Source: an uncultured Alphaproteobacteria bacterium (GTDB taxonomy: Bacteria > Pseudomonadota > Alphaproteobacteria > Rs-D84). Taken from it: DNA of 64,000 nucleotides. This document shows, one piece after another, positions 38,214 to 49,235 of this stretch; positions within the stretch are counted from its first letter, which is position 1; each line of letters begins with the position of its first letter. The stretch lies in assembly GCA_944390125.1 (NCBI GenBank), contig CALXOX010000003.1:21280-85279 (forward strand), read 5' to 3'. The notes beneath the pieces are model-generated. The model ran no database searches. It saw only the letters and a program-made list of their open reading frames with translations, and was not told the origin of the DNA. The translations under genes were made by a program, and so were the position numbers.

Positions 38214-40007
38214 ATGTCTAACGATAAACAGCAAAATAGTATAAATAAGTTGGCTAAAAATGCGATAATAAAAAATTACAAGCGCATGTGGCCGTATGTG
38301 AAGCCTTATTGGAAGCAGGGGCTGCTTTCCATATTGTTGGCTATGCCTATTGGTGCCTTAGAGGGCGTTATAGCGATGTCTTTGCGCCCATATATGGATT
38401 TGGTTATGGTGGATAAATCCATTGAGGCGGCTTGGTATATTCCATTGGTTATAGTGTTGTTTACTTCTGTACAGGGTGGTTTGACATATGCAGCAAATTA
38501 TTTGAATACATGGGTTGGTGCAAAAATTACGAATTTGCTGAAGTTGGATTTGTACAAGAAGATGTTGATGTTTGATACTAATTTCTTCAACCGTCGCAAT
38601 TCTGGTGATATTTTGCAAATGTTTAACAGAAATGCGGATGCAGCGTGTTCAGGTTTGCTTACGAACTTAAAGAATTTTGTGCAGAAACTGTTTACGGCTT
38701 TGTCTTTAATATTTGTTTTGTTTTATAATTCATGGCAACTAGCGTTGGTATGCGTAACAATTTTGGTTGTTGCTTTTTTGCCCATGACTACATTAAAGAA
38801 AAAAATTCAGTCTGTTTTTGATAGTTCTTTGGTGGCAGAATCTTCTTTAATGACTGCCTATAATGAAACGTATTCTGGTAATAAAACGATTATCTCGTAT
38901 AATTTATCTGATTATCAAAAGAATAAATTCAAAAGCATTTTGGATGGCGTTTTTAAATTGCAGATGAAGATGGTTCAACGAACCAGATGGTTGACGCCTG
39001 TAATGCACATAATTTTATCAATTGGTATTGGTGCGGCAATATGGTTTGGTTCATTTTTGGTGTTGAATGGGTTTATAACTAGTGGCGCATTTGTATCATT
39101 TTTAACGGCTCTTATAATGTTGTATAACCCTATGAAAAGCATTGGCTCTAATTATAATTCTGTATTGATGTCTTTTATGGCCATAGAACGGGTTTTTGAG
39201 ATTATGGATTCAAAACCAGCTATTGTCGATAAGCCAGAATCTAAAGAAATGCCGGCTTTACATCATACAATAGAGTTTAAGAATTTAAATTTTGAATATA
39301 ATCGTGGCGTTCCTATCTTAAAGAACATAAACCTGACGGTACAGCAAGGACAAATTATCGCTTTGGTTGGGAATTCTGGTGGTGGTAAGACAACTTTGGT
39401 AAGTTTGTTGCCGCGTTTTTATGACCCTACAAGTGGTGCAATTTTAATTGATGGGACAGATATTCGCGATTTTACATTGAAATCATTGCGTCAAAACATA
39501 GGTGTGGTTTTCCAGGATAATTTCTTATTTGCAGGCACAATTCGTGAAAACATTATGTTGGGTAACGAGAACGCTACTCAAGAACAGTTAGACACAGCGA
39601 TAAAAATGGCGTGTTTGGACGATTTTGTGCACAGTTTGAAAAATGGCTTAGACACTCAAATTGGCGAGCGTGGTATATTGTTATCAGGTGGTCAGAAACA
39701 GCGTGTTGCCATTGCGCGGGCATTTTTGAAGAATGCGCCTATATTGATATTGGATGAAGCGACATCTGCGCTTGATAATAAATCCGAAGCAGTCGTTCAG
39801 CAGGCAATAGAAAACTTGATGAAGGACAAAACAGTATTCGTTATAGCGCACAGATTATCCACAATAAGAAATGCTTCTAAGATAGTTGTGGTAAATCAGG
39901 GTGAAATTGTTGAAGCTGGTACCCACGAAGAATTACTGCAACATGAATGTGGGGCATATAAGACTTTGTATGATATGCAGTTTAAGTGTAATGCTCCATC
40001 GGAATAG
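38214..40007 (+). CDS. ABC exporter, fused permease/ATPase (MsbA/NdvA-like type I exporter)
   Basis: Six-TM N-terminal domain. NBD with Walker A GNSGGGKTT, signature LSGGQKQRVAIARA and Walker B ILILDEATSALD. Confidence 0.8.
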   Translation: MSNDKQQNSINKLAKNAIIKNYKRMWPYVKPYWKQGLLSILLAMPIGALEGVIAMSLRPYMDLVMVDKSIEAAWYIPLVIVLFTSVQGGLTYAANYLNTWVGAKITNLLKLDLYKKMLMFDTNFFNRRNSGDILQMFNRNADAACSGLLTNLKNFVQKLFTALSLIFVLFYNSWQLALVCVTILVVAFLPMTTLKKKIQSVFDSSLVAESSLMTAYNETYSGNKTIISYNLSDYQKNKFKSILDGVFKLQMKMVQRTRWLTPVMHIILSIGIGAAIWFGSFLVLNGFITSGAFVSFLTALIMLYNPMKSIGSNYNSVLMSFMAIERVFEIMDSKPAIVDKPESKEMPALHHTIEFKNLNFEYNRGVPILKNINLTVQQGQIIALVGNSGGGKTTLVSLLPRFYDPTSGAILIDGTDIRDFTLKSLRQNIGVVFQDNFLFAGTIRENIMLGNENATQEQLDTAIKMACLDDFVHSLKNGLDTQIGERGILLSGGQKQRVAIARAFLKNAPILILDEATSALDNKSEAVVQQAIENLMKDKTVFVIAHRLSTIRNASKIVVVNQGEIVEAGTHEELLQHECGAYKTLYDMQFKCNAPSE

Positions 40008-40036
40008 AGATTTTATAGGTTTGTTTGGTTTAATGT

Positions 40037-40067
40037 CAGCGGGTTATAACCGCTGGTATTTTTTTTA
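40037..40067 (+). terminator. Intrinsic terminator after ABC exporter
   Basis: CAGCGG-GTTATAA-CCGCTG hairpin followed by T9. Confidence 0.6.
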
Positions 40068-40101
40068 ATTTCTTGAAAATCTGCTAATTTATGCTAGTTA
40101 T

Positions 40102-40653
40102 GTGTGCATAATGGACAGCATAAAAGAATCTTTAACACAAATTAAAATGCGCGAATTATTTGGCGCAAACCATCAATTCATAGAATGTTTTAACTATGAC
40201 ACCTGGAGCCGTGATGACGGAATCAAAGTTTTAAATCCAGAGATAGCAACTTATAAAAATTTCAGAAACATTTTAAAAAGCGATGCTCGTTTTAATAATA
40301 ATTATGATTTGGTTGCAGTCGTTTCTTTAAGTATATGTCCATATCCATATTCAAATAGTCCATTTTGGGGACAGATTGTAAGAAACCCGAAATATGTCCA
40401 ACCGAATATAAAATTTTTGGGAGAAACTGGTTTCGCAGGTACAATAGTATGTCGTGATAAGAAGACGGGGCAGATATTACCTGTACCAAATAAGTGGCTT
40501 TACACGTCTACCAGTCATTGTATAATTCCCGAACGGACGAAGACGAATGGCTTACCTGGTTTAGCGAATTTGATAGAAAGTGACGTATTTTGCCAAGATT
40601 ATGAAACGTACGAAAAACTGATACGGATACATGTATCAGAGCGATATAGATAA
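40102..40653 (+). CDS. Hypothetical protein (183 aa)
   Basis: ORF with no recognisable motifs, followed by a hairpin (ACCGC...GCGGT at 40663-40679). Confidence 0.35.
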   Translation: MCIMDSIKESLTQIKMRELFGANHQFIECFNYDTWSRDDGIKVLNPEIATYKNFRNILKSDARFNNNYDLVAVVSLSICPYPYSNSPFWGQIVRNPKYVQPNIKFLGETGFAGTIVCRDKKTGQILPVPNKWLYTSTSHCIIPERTKTNGLPGLANLIESDVFCQDYETYEKLIRIHVSERYR

Positions 40654-40794
40654 AGACTAAAAACCGCCCGTGTAGCGGTTTGTGCTCTTTATATCATACA
40701 TATGATCATCTTTATAAGAAAGACGCCCACTAGCAATGCTATTACAAACAAATACAGTAAAATTTTCTAATCTTAAGCGGTTCCGTCCTATTTA

Positions 40795-40971
40795 TTATTT
40801 ACAAATGTGACAATGAATTTCTGGGTCACCATTATAGGTACAATTCATCGGTATTTGAACTTCTGTTACACCACATTTACGAATTTTATCCCATTCGCTC
40901 GGCGAATAATCGGCGTGTGCAACGTTAGAAATTATAACAATTCCAAATAAACATATTAAAATTCTTGTCAT
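40795..40971 (-). CDS. Small secreted Cys-containing peptide (58 aa), below ORF-track cutoff
   Basis: My translation: MTRILICLFGIVIISNVAHADYSPSEWDKIRKCGVTEVQIPMNCTYNGDPEIHCHICK. Confidence 0.25.
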   Translation of the reverse strand: MTRILICLFGIVIISNVAHADYSPSEWDKIRKCGVTEVQIPMNCTYNGDPEIHCHICK

Positions 40972-41011
40972 CTATAATCCTTGTTTTCATATAGTTTTTT
41001 GTTAAACGTGG

Positions 41012-41179
41012 TTACATACATATTTTTGCGGCTTCTTCTGGTGCAACCGAACCTTCATAATTGTCTAGACAAGCGTTATATGTAATATCATCTACATAGC
41101 CCATATATAAGATAAGCCCGACTGGTATTGCAGCAACCGTTAGAAATGCCCCTAAAAAATATGCCAAAAACTTTTTCAT
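41012..41179 (-). CDS. Small membrane/secreted peptide (55 aa), below ORF-track cutoff
   Basis: My translation: MKKFLAYFLGAFLTVAAIPVGLILYMGYVDDITYNACLDNYEGSVAPEEAAKICM. Confidence 0.25.
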   Translation of the reverse strand: MKKFLAYFLGAFLTVAAIPVGLILYMGYVDDITYNACLDNYEGSVAPEEAAKICM

Positions 41180-41424
41180 TTCGTTTCGTCTTTGTTTAGC
41201 GATTATAAGTATTTTTATTCAAGATAATCTTAAAATTGTTTTTATAGATTTTCAAGTATGCTCAATTCTGATTTCAAGTATGAAATCTATGTGATTTCAG
41301 AGGTGATTTCAGCAGTAATGGTATATATTACTGTGTGTCAAATATGTGTTTTTGTTCTACAACTAGAGCAATTTAGAGCCATTTTCATCCAATTTTGCAT
41401 AAAAACGGGGTAGAAGACAGACAA

Positions 41425-41503
41425 TAAAAAATCCGCAGAAATCTGCGGAAATCTGTGGCTCGGGCAACTGGACTCGAACCAGGACATACGGATTAACAGT
41501 CCG
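41425..41503 (-). repeat. Direct repeat A: degenerate partial copy of the tRNA-Asn 3' half plus downstream terminator (att-like)
   Basis: 41426-41503 matches 44831-44909 (AAAAAATCCGCAGAAATCTGCGGAAATCTGTGGCTCGGGCAACTGGACTCGAACCAG[T]GACATACGGATTAACAGTCCGTT) with a 1-nt deletion; it diverges after CCGTT. Confidence 0.7.
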
Positions 41504-41686
41504 TTTTTATTAAGATTGATAGAAATTGATAAAGTTTAATTTTTATTGATTTTCTGCGGGTTATAGGCTATGTTGCACTTGATGACGATTAATGAAAAGA
41601 AGCAATATCTGATGGAACTGATGATTAGTGTTGATGCTTTGCTTTCTATATTTTTTATAATAAAAGGTGCCAAGTGGCACCTTTTT

Positions 41687-42697
41687 TTAATTCTGTAAAC
41701 CAGATATACTTTTGTCGCATAATTTTGCATAGATCGGTTTATCTAAACCGTATGCTTTTATCAAGTTACTTGGTTTTTGATTGCACCACAGATCACGATA
41801 GGAAACAATGCTGTTTTTAACCGTTTTTATCAGGCCGCTTGGCAGTTCGGCACGCCCAATGCACGAAGACAGGTAAACAAAACATTCGTCGTTGTCGGCC
41901 AGATTTTCGCACGCCAGGATACGAGCATACACATTAAGGGTCAAATCTGCCTTGCTAGCATCCTTTGTCCATGGGCTGCCACCACCAATCGGACATGCGG
42001 TTGAATAAAAGTCACATGCCAATTTTCGTCCTGTAATGCCACAGTCTGCTATGGAACCATGATATGTATAACGTCCAGTACCATTTATGATAATGTGCGC
42101 TGGCTTTTCGCCCAATGTTTCAATGATAAAGTCGGTCAGGTCTTCGTCCTTTAACATCGGGATTGCCACAATAGTGGTTTCAATCTTGTCGTCGTTCAAT
42201 GTGATTTGTGTCTTGATATCTATGCCGAGATTATCAGATTGACGGGCTTTATCGTACAGGGCTTTGTTCAGCTTTCGGGCCAAATATAATTCCCGATTTA
42301 TCTTACCTTCGCCTTGGCAGGCATAGCCAACAAACACACCTTGATCGCCCCAGCCATCGGCAACAACACCACGATTGATATCTGCGGATTGTACGCCAAT
42401 TAAATTGGTAACCTTTATTTGCGCTGGGTTAATGGCCAAATCGCCCCATATTGATGCGTATCGGTCATTGTACCCGATTTCGGCAATGGCGGCCTTAACA
42501 TAGTCGGTCAAATTACCAAGTGGGGCAGAGGTGGTAACTTCGCCACCAAGGACGACATTGTTGTCTTTTATTAAGACTTCAACGGCATATTTGACCTGTG
42601 GATCTTGCTCAATTAACCGATCCAAAATGTAACTGGAAATGTAATCGGCAACTTTATCTGGGTGTCCCAATGACACCGCTTCTGCTGTTCTTTGCAT
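41687..42697 (-). CDS. S-adenosylmethionine synthetase-like protein (divergent MetK family)
   Basis: GHPDKVADYIS, DGWGDQGVFVGYA and GGGSPWTKDASKAD correspond to the MetK motifs GHPDK, GAGDQG and GGGAFSGKDPSKVD. 336 aa versus about 384 for canonical MetK. Good SD AAGGAGTG. Confidence 0.65.
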   Translation of the reverse strand: MQRTAEAVSLGHPDKVADYISSYILDRLIEQDPQVKYAVEVLIKDNNVVLGGEVTTSAPLGNLTDYVKAAIAEIGYNDRYASIWGDLAINPAQIKVTNLIGVQSADINRGVVADGWGDQGVFVGYACQGEGKINRELYLARKLNKALYDKARQSDNLGIDIKTQITLNDDKIETTIVAIPMLKDEDLTDFIIETLGEKPAHIIINGTGRYTYHGSIADCGITGRKLACDFYSTACPIGGGSPWTKDASKADLTLNVYARILACENLADNDECFVYLSSCIGRAELPSGLIKTVKNSIVSYRDLWCNQKPSNLIKAYGLDKPIYAKLCDKSISGLQN

Positions 42698-42970
42698 AAT
42701 TCACTCCTTTGGTTTTTGCAGTAAGAACCAAAGGTGGATTCATGTAGCTACCAACACAGGTGCAAAAGCACTGTGCAAAATGCGGCATAAAGTATAGGAA
42801 AATTTGCATATAACAACTCCTTGTTTAGTCCATTTAGAGGTAGGACAAGTCAGGTTAAATCCACCTTTACTGATCCATATTGTAAATCATTTGAAAAAAA
42901 ATGCAAGCCAGATCACTACAACAAGATAAGCCACCCAAAAGAGTGGCTTATTCATAATAGATCAAACCGT

Positions 42971-44644
42971 TTATTTTGCACCGTACGAGATCAATAATTT
43001 AGCAATATCTTTATCAGAGTTTTTCTTGGCATGTTTGAGGGGTGTATAGCCAGACGTGTCGGCCATATTGACATCTGCACCAGCATCCAATAGAACAGTT
43101 ATCAATTCAAGTTTAGCCTTCTTATCAAACTTTGAATTAGGATAAAGCTTACGATTTATAGCGTAAATGAGAGCTGTAGACGTGTATGTGTCGGCATTAA
43201 CATCCGCACCAAGTTCTATAAGTTTCTCTATTACTTTAGGATTTGAATTGTTTGCAACAGCATTCATTAAAACTGTGCGTCCTGTTTTTGTCGCATAATT
43301 AGGATCGGCACCGTATTTAACTAATACAGCAAAAATTTCTGGGTTTGTGTTGTACGTCGAAGCTTCCATCAGAGGAATAATTTTTTCTGTTTTTTCCAAT
43401 TTAATTGGTCTTATTGCATGCTTTAATACTTCTTTAGGCAATTTGTGTACTACTTCAACAGAATTAGGATCTATTCCTTTTTTTAGCAATTCTTCAACTT
43501 GTTTAGCGTTACCAGAATTTTGTATTAAATGTACAAATGCTTTTACCTTGTCATCGCTAGCTGGTGTTAATACTTCTTCTAAACCTTTTTCCCAGGAAAT
43601 CATCCGAGAAGAAATAACTGCCCCTTTATCAACAAAAAGGCGAAGAATTTCTAAATCTTGTTCTCGTTCTTCTTTGCGTGCGCTTGTGTTTCTAACAATA
43701 CATTCTATAATTGGTTCTCCGTCTATTTTGGCATTCACATCGGCACCTAGGTCGACAAGTTTTTTTACTGAATTTGCAGTATATTCAAAGCTATCGATCA
43801 AATCGCACAAAACTAGAGTGATGTCTTGTTTGTCCACCAATCCCTTTTTGTTGAGCAGTTTATAAATCTTTTCAATCATGTCCGGGTTAGGATTGTGTGT
43901 AGCGGCATTCAGCAAGGTTTGATTTTCGGGACCAGCAAAAATCCCACCATCTTCGTTGATAGAAACCCCTAAATTAGCACCGGCTGAGATCAGATAATCA
44001 ACAACCTCTAATGATGGGTTGTCTCTACATGCTACATATAAAGCTACGTCTAGCTCGTCTTTGGGCATCCCATTATCAAACAATGATTTTATAATCAACG
44101 GATTAGGGTTGCATTGTGCGGCGATAATCAATGCACTACGGTCTTCTTCATCGCAGGCGGACATATCAGCACCGTTATGTAAGAGATAATCAATAATTTC
44201 AACATTTTGGTTAAATTTTGCTGCGTAAAGCAAGGCACTGCCTGCAACAATGCTATCTTCGCCATAATCATCACGTTCATCAGATAAGAACAACTTCTGT
44301 GCCTCGTTTACTATCGAATTTAGTACGGATTTCGGTATGTTGTCAGGGTCCTTTATTTTTGCAGCATAATTCTTTTTTTTCATGACACATCTTACTAAGA
44401 AACCAAAGTAGTCTTTTGTTTCGGCATTTATGTCGGCCCCAGCCTCTACTAAAGTCTTAATAACATCTAGGCATGCTCCGGATTTAACAGCTATAATAAG
44501 GGGTGTGGAACCATTTTTTGTTTCGCAATTTACATCTGCACCTAGCGATATGAATTTTTGTATTTCTTTACTAGATACTTTGCTGTTTGAACAGGCAGTA
44601 AGCAATTCTATATCTACATCAATAATATCTTCAGAATGTGACAT
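42971..44644 (-). CDS. Ankyrin-repeat protein (557 aa)
   Basis: At least 10 ankyrin-like repeats with GADVNA, GADINAE, GANLGV, GADPNY and LL.AGADVN loops. Confidence 0.85.
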   Translation of the reverse strand: MSHSEDIIDVDIELLTACSNSKVSSKEIQKFISLGADVNCETKNGSTPLIIAVKSGACLDVIKTLVEAGADINAETKDYFGFLVRCVMKKKNYAAKIKDPDNIPKSVLNSIVNEAQKLFLSDERDDYGEDSIVAGSALLYAAKFNQNVEIIDYLLHNGADMSACDEEDRSALIIAAQCNPNPLIIKSLFDNGMPKDELDVALYVACRDNPSLEVVDYLISAGANLGVSINEDGGIFAGPENQTLLNAATHNPNPDMIEKIYKLLNKKGLVDKQDITLVLCDLIDSFEYTANSVKKLVDLGADVNAKIDGEPIIECIVRNTSARKEEREQDLEILRLFVDKGAVISSRMISWEKGLEEVLTPASDDKVKAFVHLIQNSGNAKQVEELLKKGIDPNSVEVVHKLPKEVLKHAIRPIKLEKTEKIIPLMEASTYNTNPEIFAVLVKYGADPNYATKTGRTVLMNAVANNSNPKVIEKLIELGADVNADTYTSTALIYAINRKLYPNSKFDKKAKLELITVLLDAGADVNMADTSGYTPLKHAKKNSDKDIAKLLISYGAK

Positions 44645-44829
44645 GAAATATTCTTTTTGTTATATTACTGATATTAGCACACGACGAGTACGGTTAACAA
44701 GATAAAACTATTAAATTAGAAAAACATACGTATATCCCGTATGTAAATATATGTTTTTATAACGCATCTAGGGGCAGTTTTAGGAACTTTAAAGCACTTT
44801 TGTTAAAAAACATGATTTTTAATAAACGT

Positions 44830-44909
44830 AAAAAAATCCGCAGAAATCTGCGGAAATCTGTGGCTCGGGCAACTGGACTCGAACCAGTGACATACGGATT
44901 AACAGTCCG
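44830..44909 (-). repeat. Direct repeat B (intact copy, spanning tRNA-Asn 3' half and its terminator)
   Basis: See repeat A. Includes the terminator hairpin TCCGCAGA-AA-TCTGCGGA (44838-44856) downstream of the tRNA 3' end. Confidence 0.7.
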
Positions 44910-44936
44910 TTGTTCTACCGACTGAACTATGCCCGA
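44861..44936 (-). tRNA. tRNA-Asn (anticodon GTT)
   Basis: Reverse complement TCGGGCA-TA-GTTC AGTCGGTA GAAC-A-ACGGA CTGTTAA TCCGT-ATGTC-ACTGG TTCGAGT CCAGT-TGCCCGA-G-CCA. Closely resembles E. coli tRNA-Asn (U1, discriminator G). Confidence 0.85.
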
Positions 44937-45061
44937 ATAACGTGCGTATATCTTATACTACTTTTTATCCCATTTCAAGTCTTTTTTTATTCGTTGCCAT
45001 TTTATTTTTACAGTGCTATATTTTCTACCGTCCAATACATAATTACATAGAGGAAGTAAAA

Positions 45062-45877
45062 ATGTTATTAAAAGGAAAAAAGATTCTTATTACAGGCGTT
45101 GCTAACGACTGGTCTATGGCTTGGGCTATCGCTAAGCGCGCACATGAAGAAGGCGCAGAAATTGCTATGCCTTATGCAATGCCTAATCTGGAAAAACGTG
45201 TTCGCCCATTGGCAGAGTCTATCGATGCCAAATTTGTGCAGAAATGCAATGTTCAAAATGATGAACAAATGGATGCTTTGTTCGGCGCAATCGAAAAAGA
45301 ATGGGGGCATCTAGACGGTATGTTGCATGCTATCGCTTTTTCAGATAAAAATGAACTGACAGGGCGTTATGCAGATACTACACGTGCTAATTTCAAGAAT
45401 ACTATGGATATTTCTGTATATTCTTTGGTTGATTTAACACGTCGCGCGTCTAAATTGATGACAGACGGCGGCAGCATCGTTGCATTGACTTATTATGGTG
45501 GTGAAAAGTCTGTTCCAAACTATAACGTCATGGGCGTTGCAAAATCCGCTTTGGATAGCAGTGTTCGTTACTTGGCTTCAGATTTGGGTAAAGATAAGAT
45601 CCGTGTAAATGCTATCAGTGCAGGTCCTATTATGACATTGGCTTCTTCTGGTGTCGGAGGCTTTAAAGCAATGTTGCGCTTGAACGCAGAAACAACACCT
45701 TTGCGCCGCAATATGACATTAGAGGACGTTTCTGGCGCTGCTTTGTATCTGTTTAGTGATTTGTCTAGTGCTGTAACTGGTGAAGTTCATCACGTTGATT
45801 GTGGCTATTCTACAACAGGTATGATGCCGAACGAAATGAAGGATATTTTGTTGAAGGGTTTGGACGAACAAAACTAA
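45062..45877 (+). CDS. fabI: Enoyl-[acyl-carrier-protein] reductase (NADH)
   Basis: Start at internal ATG 45062 with SD AGAGGAAG. ILITGVANDWSMAWAIAKRAHEEGAEIA N-terminus and Y-x6-K (YNVMGVAKSAL) as in FabI. Confidence 0.85.
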   Translation: MLLKGKKILITGVANDWSMAWAIAKRAHEEGAEIAMPYAMPNLEKRVRPLAESIDAKFVQKCNVQNDEQMDALFGAIEKEWGHLDGMLHAIAFSDKNELTGRYADTTRANFKNTMDISVYSLVDLTRRASKLMTDGGSIVALTYYGGEKSVPNYNVMGVAKSALDSSVRYLASDLGKDKIRVNAISAGPIMTLASSGVGGFKAMLRLNAETTPLRRNMTLEDVSGAALYLFSDLSSAVTGEVHHVDCGYSTTGMMPNEMKDILLKGLDEQN

Positions 45878-45895
45878 TCAGCAAGTTCTTTTAAT

Positions 45896-45928
45896 AAAAA
45901 TCCTGCCAAATTTGGCGGGATTTTTTAT
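45896..45928 (+). terminator. Intrinsic terminator after fabI
   Basis: ATCCTGCCAAA-TTTGGCGGGAT hairpin of about 10 bp followed by T6. Confidence 0.7.
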
Positions 45929-46028
45929 TACGAATTTTTTCTTATAAAAACCAATTGATTCTTTATAAGAATACAATCATAATTAGAATATAATCTTATA
46001 AAATAAGGGGGTAGCAAGGGAGAACAAA

Positions 46029-46274
46029 ATGTTGACTAATTCTATGTTCTGGCGGGCTATAGATAATTTGGCGGCGGCGCACAATATATCTTGTTCCAGA
46101 TTGGCGCAAATCAGCGGTATGGATATAACGGCATTGAATAAAAGCAAGAGGATTGGTGCGGACGGCAAACCTCATTGGATGTCTGTTGGTAGTTTGGCCA
46201 AAATTATGAATGCAACGAATACTAGTTGGGCTGATTTTGCAAGGTACTTTCCGCAAGAAATTGGCAGAGCATAA
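46029..46274 (+). CDS. Small HTH DNA-binding protein, paralog of 1643..1888
   Basis: 81 aa. FWRAIDNLAAAHNISCSRLAQISGMDITALNKSKR...GKPHWMSVGSLAKIMNAT aligns with the 1643..1888 product. Confidence 0.55.
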   Translation: MLTNSMFWRAIDNLAAAHNISCSRLAQISGMDITALNKSKRIGADGKPHWMSVGSLAKIMNATNTSWADFARYFPQEIGRA

Positions 46275-46313
46275 ATACAACAAGAAGATATTTCCGTTGT
46301 ATTAAATTTATGA

Positions 46314-48335
<2,022 letters not shown>

Positions 48336-48590
48336 AATCTCGTTTTATATTTCTTGCAATTTAATTTTATAAGATGTATCATACTAGAAGTATCAGGTGT
48401 TCTGATATTGGGGTGTGATGACCTTAGAAATATAGCGTCAGAGATGACGGAAAACTTCTCCAACTCTTTGGGTTGGAGGGCTTGCGAATATATTGAATAA
48501 GCAGCACTATTTCTATATTTATAGTCATCAACCTCCAACCGTCCAAGTTTTTGGCGGTTTTTTCATTCGCAATGAAAAAGGGGGTTTTGG

Positions 48591-49235
48591 ATGAAGAATG
48601 TTTTATTTTTTTCTTTATTATTCTTAGTGTTGTGGACTTGCGATGCTTTTGCTGTTCTAACCAATTGTATAGGAACTACCACGTGTCCTGACCAAAATGG
48701 TTGTCAGTATTTGAATGTGGTAGGATGTGCAACTGGAAAAGATATGTTTTATGGTAGTTATGCTGTTAGAAGTTGTTTGACTTGCGGCAATGGTTACGAA
48801 TTGGTTTCTAAAAGTGTGTTTGTGCCGGGGTGCACCAGAGCCGTCTTTTATAATGATTGCCAAGCAACATGTGTAAAATGCCCAGATTGCGAAAGTGAAG
48901 ATTGGACAAGTGTTAGTTTGCTTAGTTTTTATGAGAAAAAAGTCAATGCAGTATGTAATAAGACTACGTGTACGTGTAGTAAAACAACATCGTACAGATG
49001 TAAAAAAGGATATTATGGTACGGCCAATGCAACAGGAACTTCTGGTTGTTCTAGATGTCCTTCGCTTGGAGCAGGGCGCCCAATAGGTAGTGAAACTTGG
49101 CTTTCTTTGTATGCCTCTACACCAGGTGCTGGTAATGGTTACGATATAACAGACTGTTATGCTCCCTCTACAAACGAGTATAAAGACACGTATGGAATCT
49201 ATAATTATACGTCGGACTGTTATTATACAGAATAA
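48591..49235 (+). CDS. Cys-rich secreted protein, family-1 copy A (214 aa)
   Basis: Signal peptide, about 20 Cys. Shares the core NVVGC...SC.TC..G...V.KS..VPGC..A..Y.DC...C..CPDCESEDW and ...DCY with copies B and C. Confidence 0.6.
   Translation: MKNVLFFSLLFLVLWTCDAFAVLTNCIGTTTCPDQNGCQYLNVVGCATGKDMFYGSYAVRSCLTCGNGYELVSKSVFVPGCTRAVFYNDCQATCVKCPDCESEDWTSVSLLSFYEKKVNAVCNKTTCTCSKTTSYRCKKGYYGTANATGTSGCSRCPSLGAGRPIGSETWLSLYASTPGAGNGYDITDCYAPSTNEYKDTYGIYNYTSDCYYTE

Larger units (their letters stand above)
41425..44936. mobile_element. tRNA-Asn-associated genomic islet (no integrase), carrying ankyrin-repeat and MetK-like genes
   Basis: Bounded by the intact tRNA-Asn (44861-44936) and a partial 3' duplicate (41457-41503) in direct orientation, on the 3' side of the tRNA. 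Confidence 0.45.

Noticed and set aside
41536-41730. 64-aa minus ORF between attR and the MetK-like gene
   Set aside because: It overlaps the 3' end of the MetK-like gene in another frame and has no RBS. It is probably spurious.
43347-43865. 172-aa plus-strand ORF inside the ankyrin gene
   Set aside because: It is antisense to a 557-aa ORF with unmistakable ankyrin repeats, and it has no RBS.
44833-44856. Short repeated AAATCTGCGGAAATCTG as a possible CRISPR or tandem repeat
   Set aside because: It is simply the two arms of the tRNA-Asn terminator hairpin (TCCGCAGA-AA-TCTGCGGA). It has no spacer-repeat periodicity, and the second copy is part of the island direct repeat.
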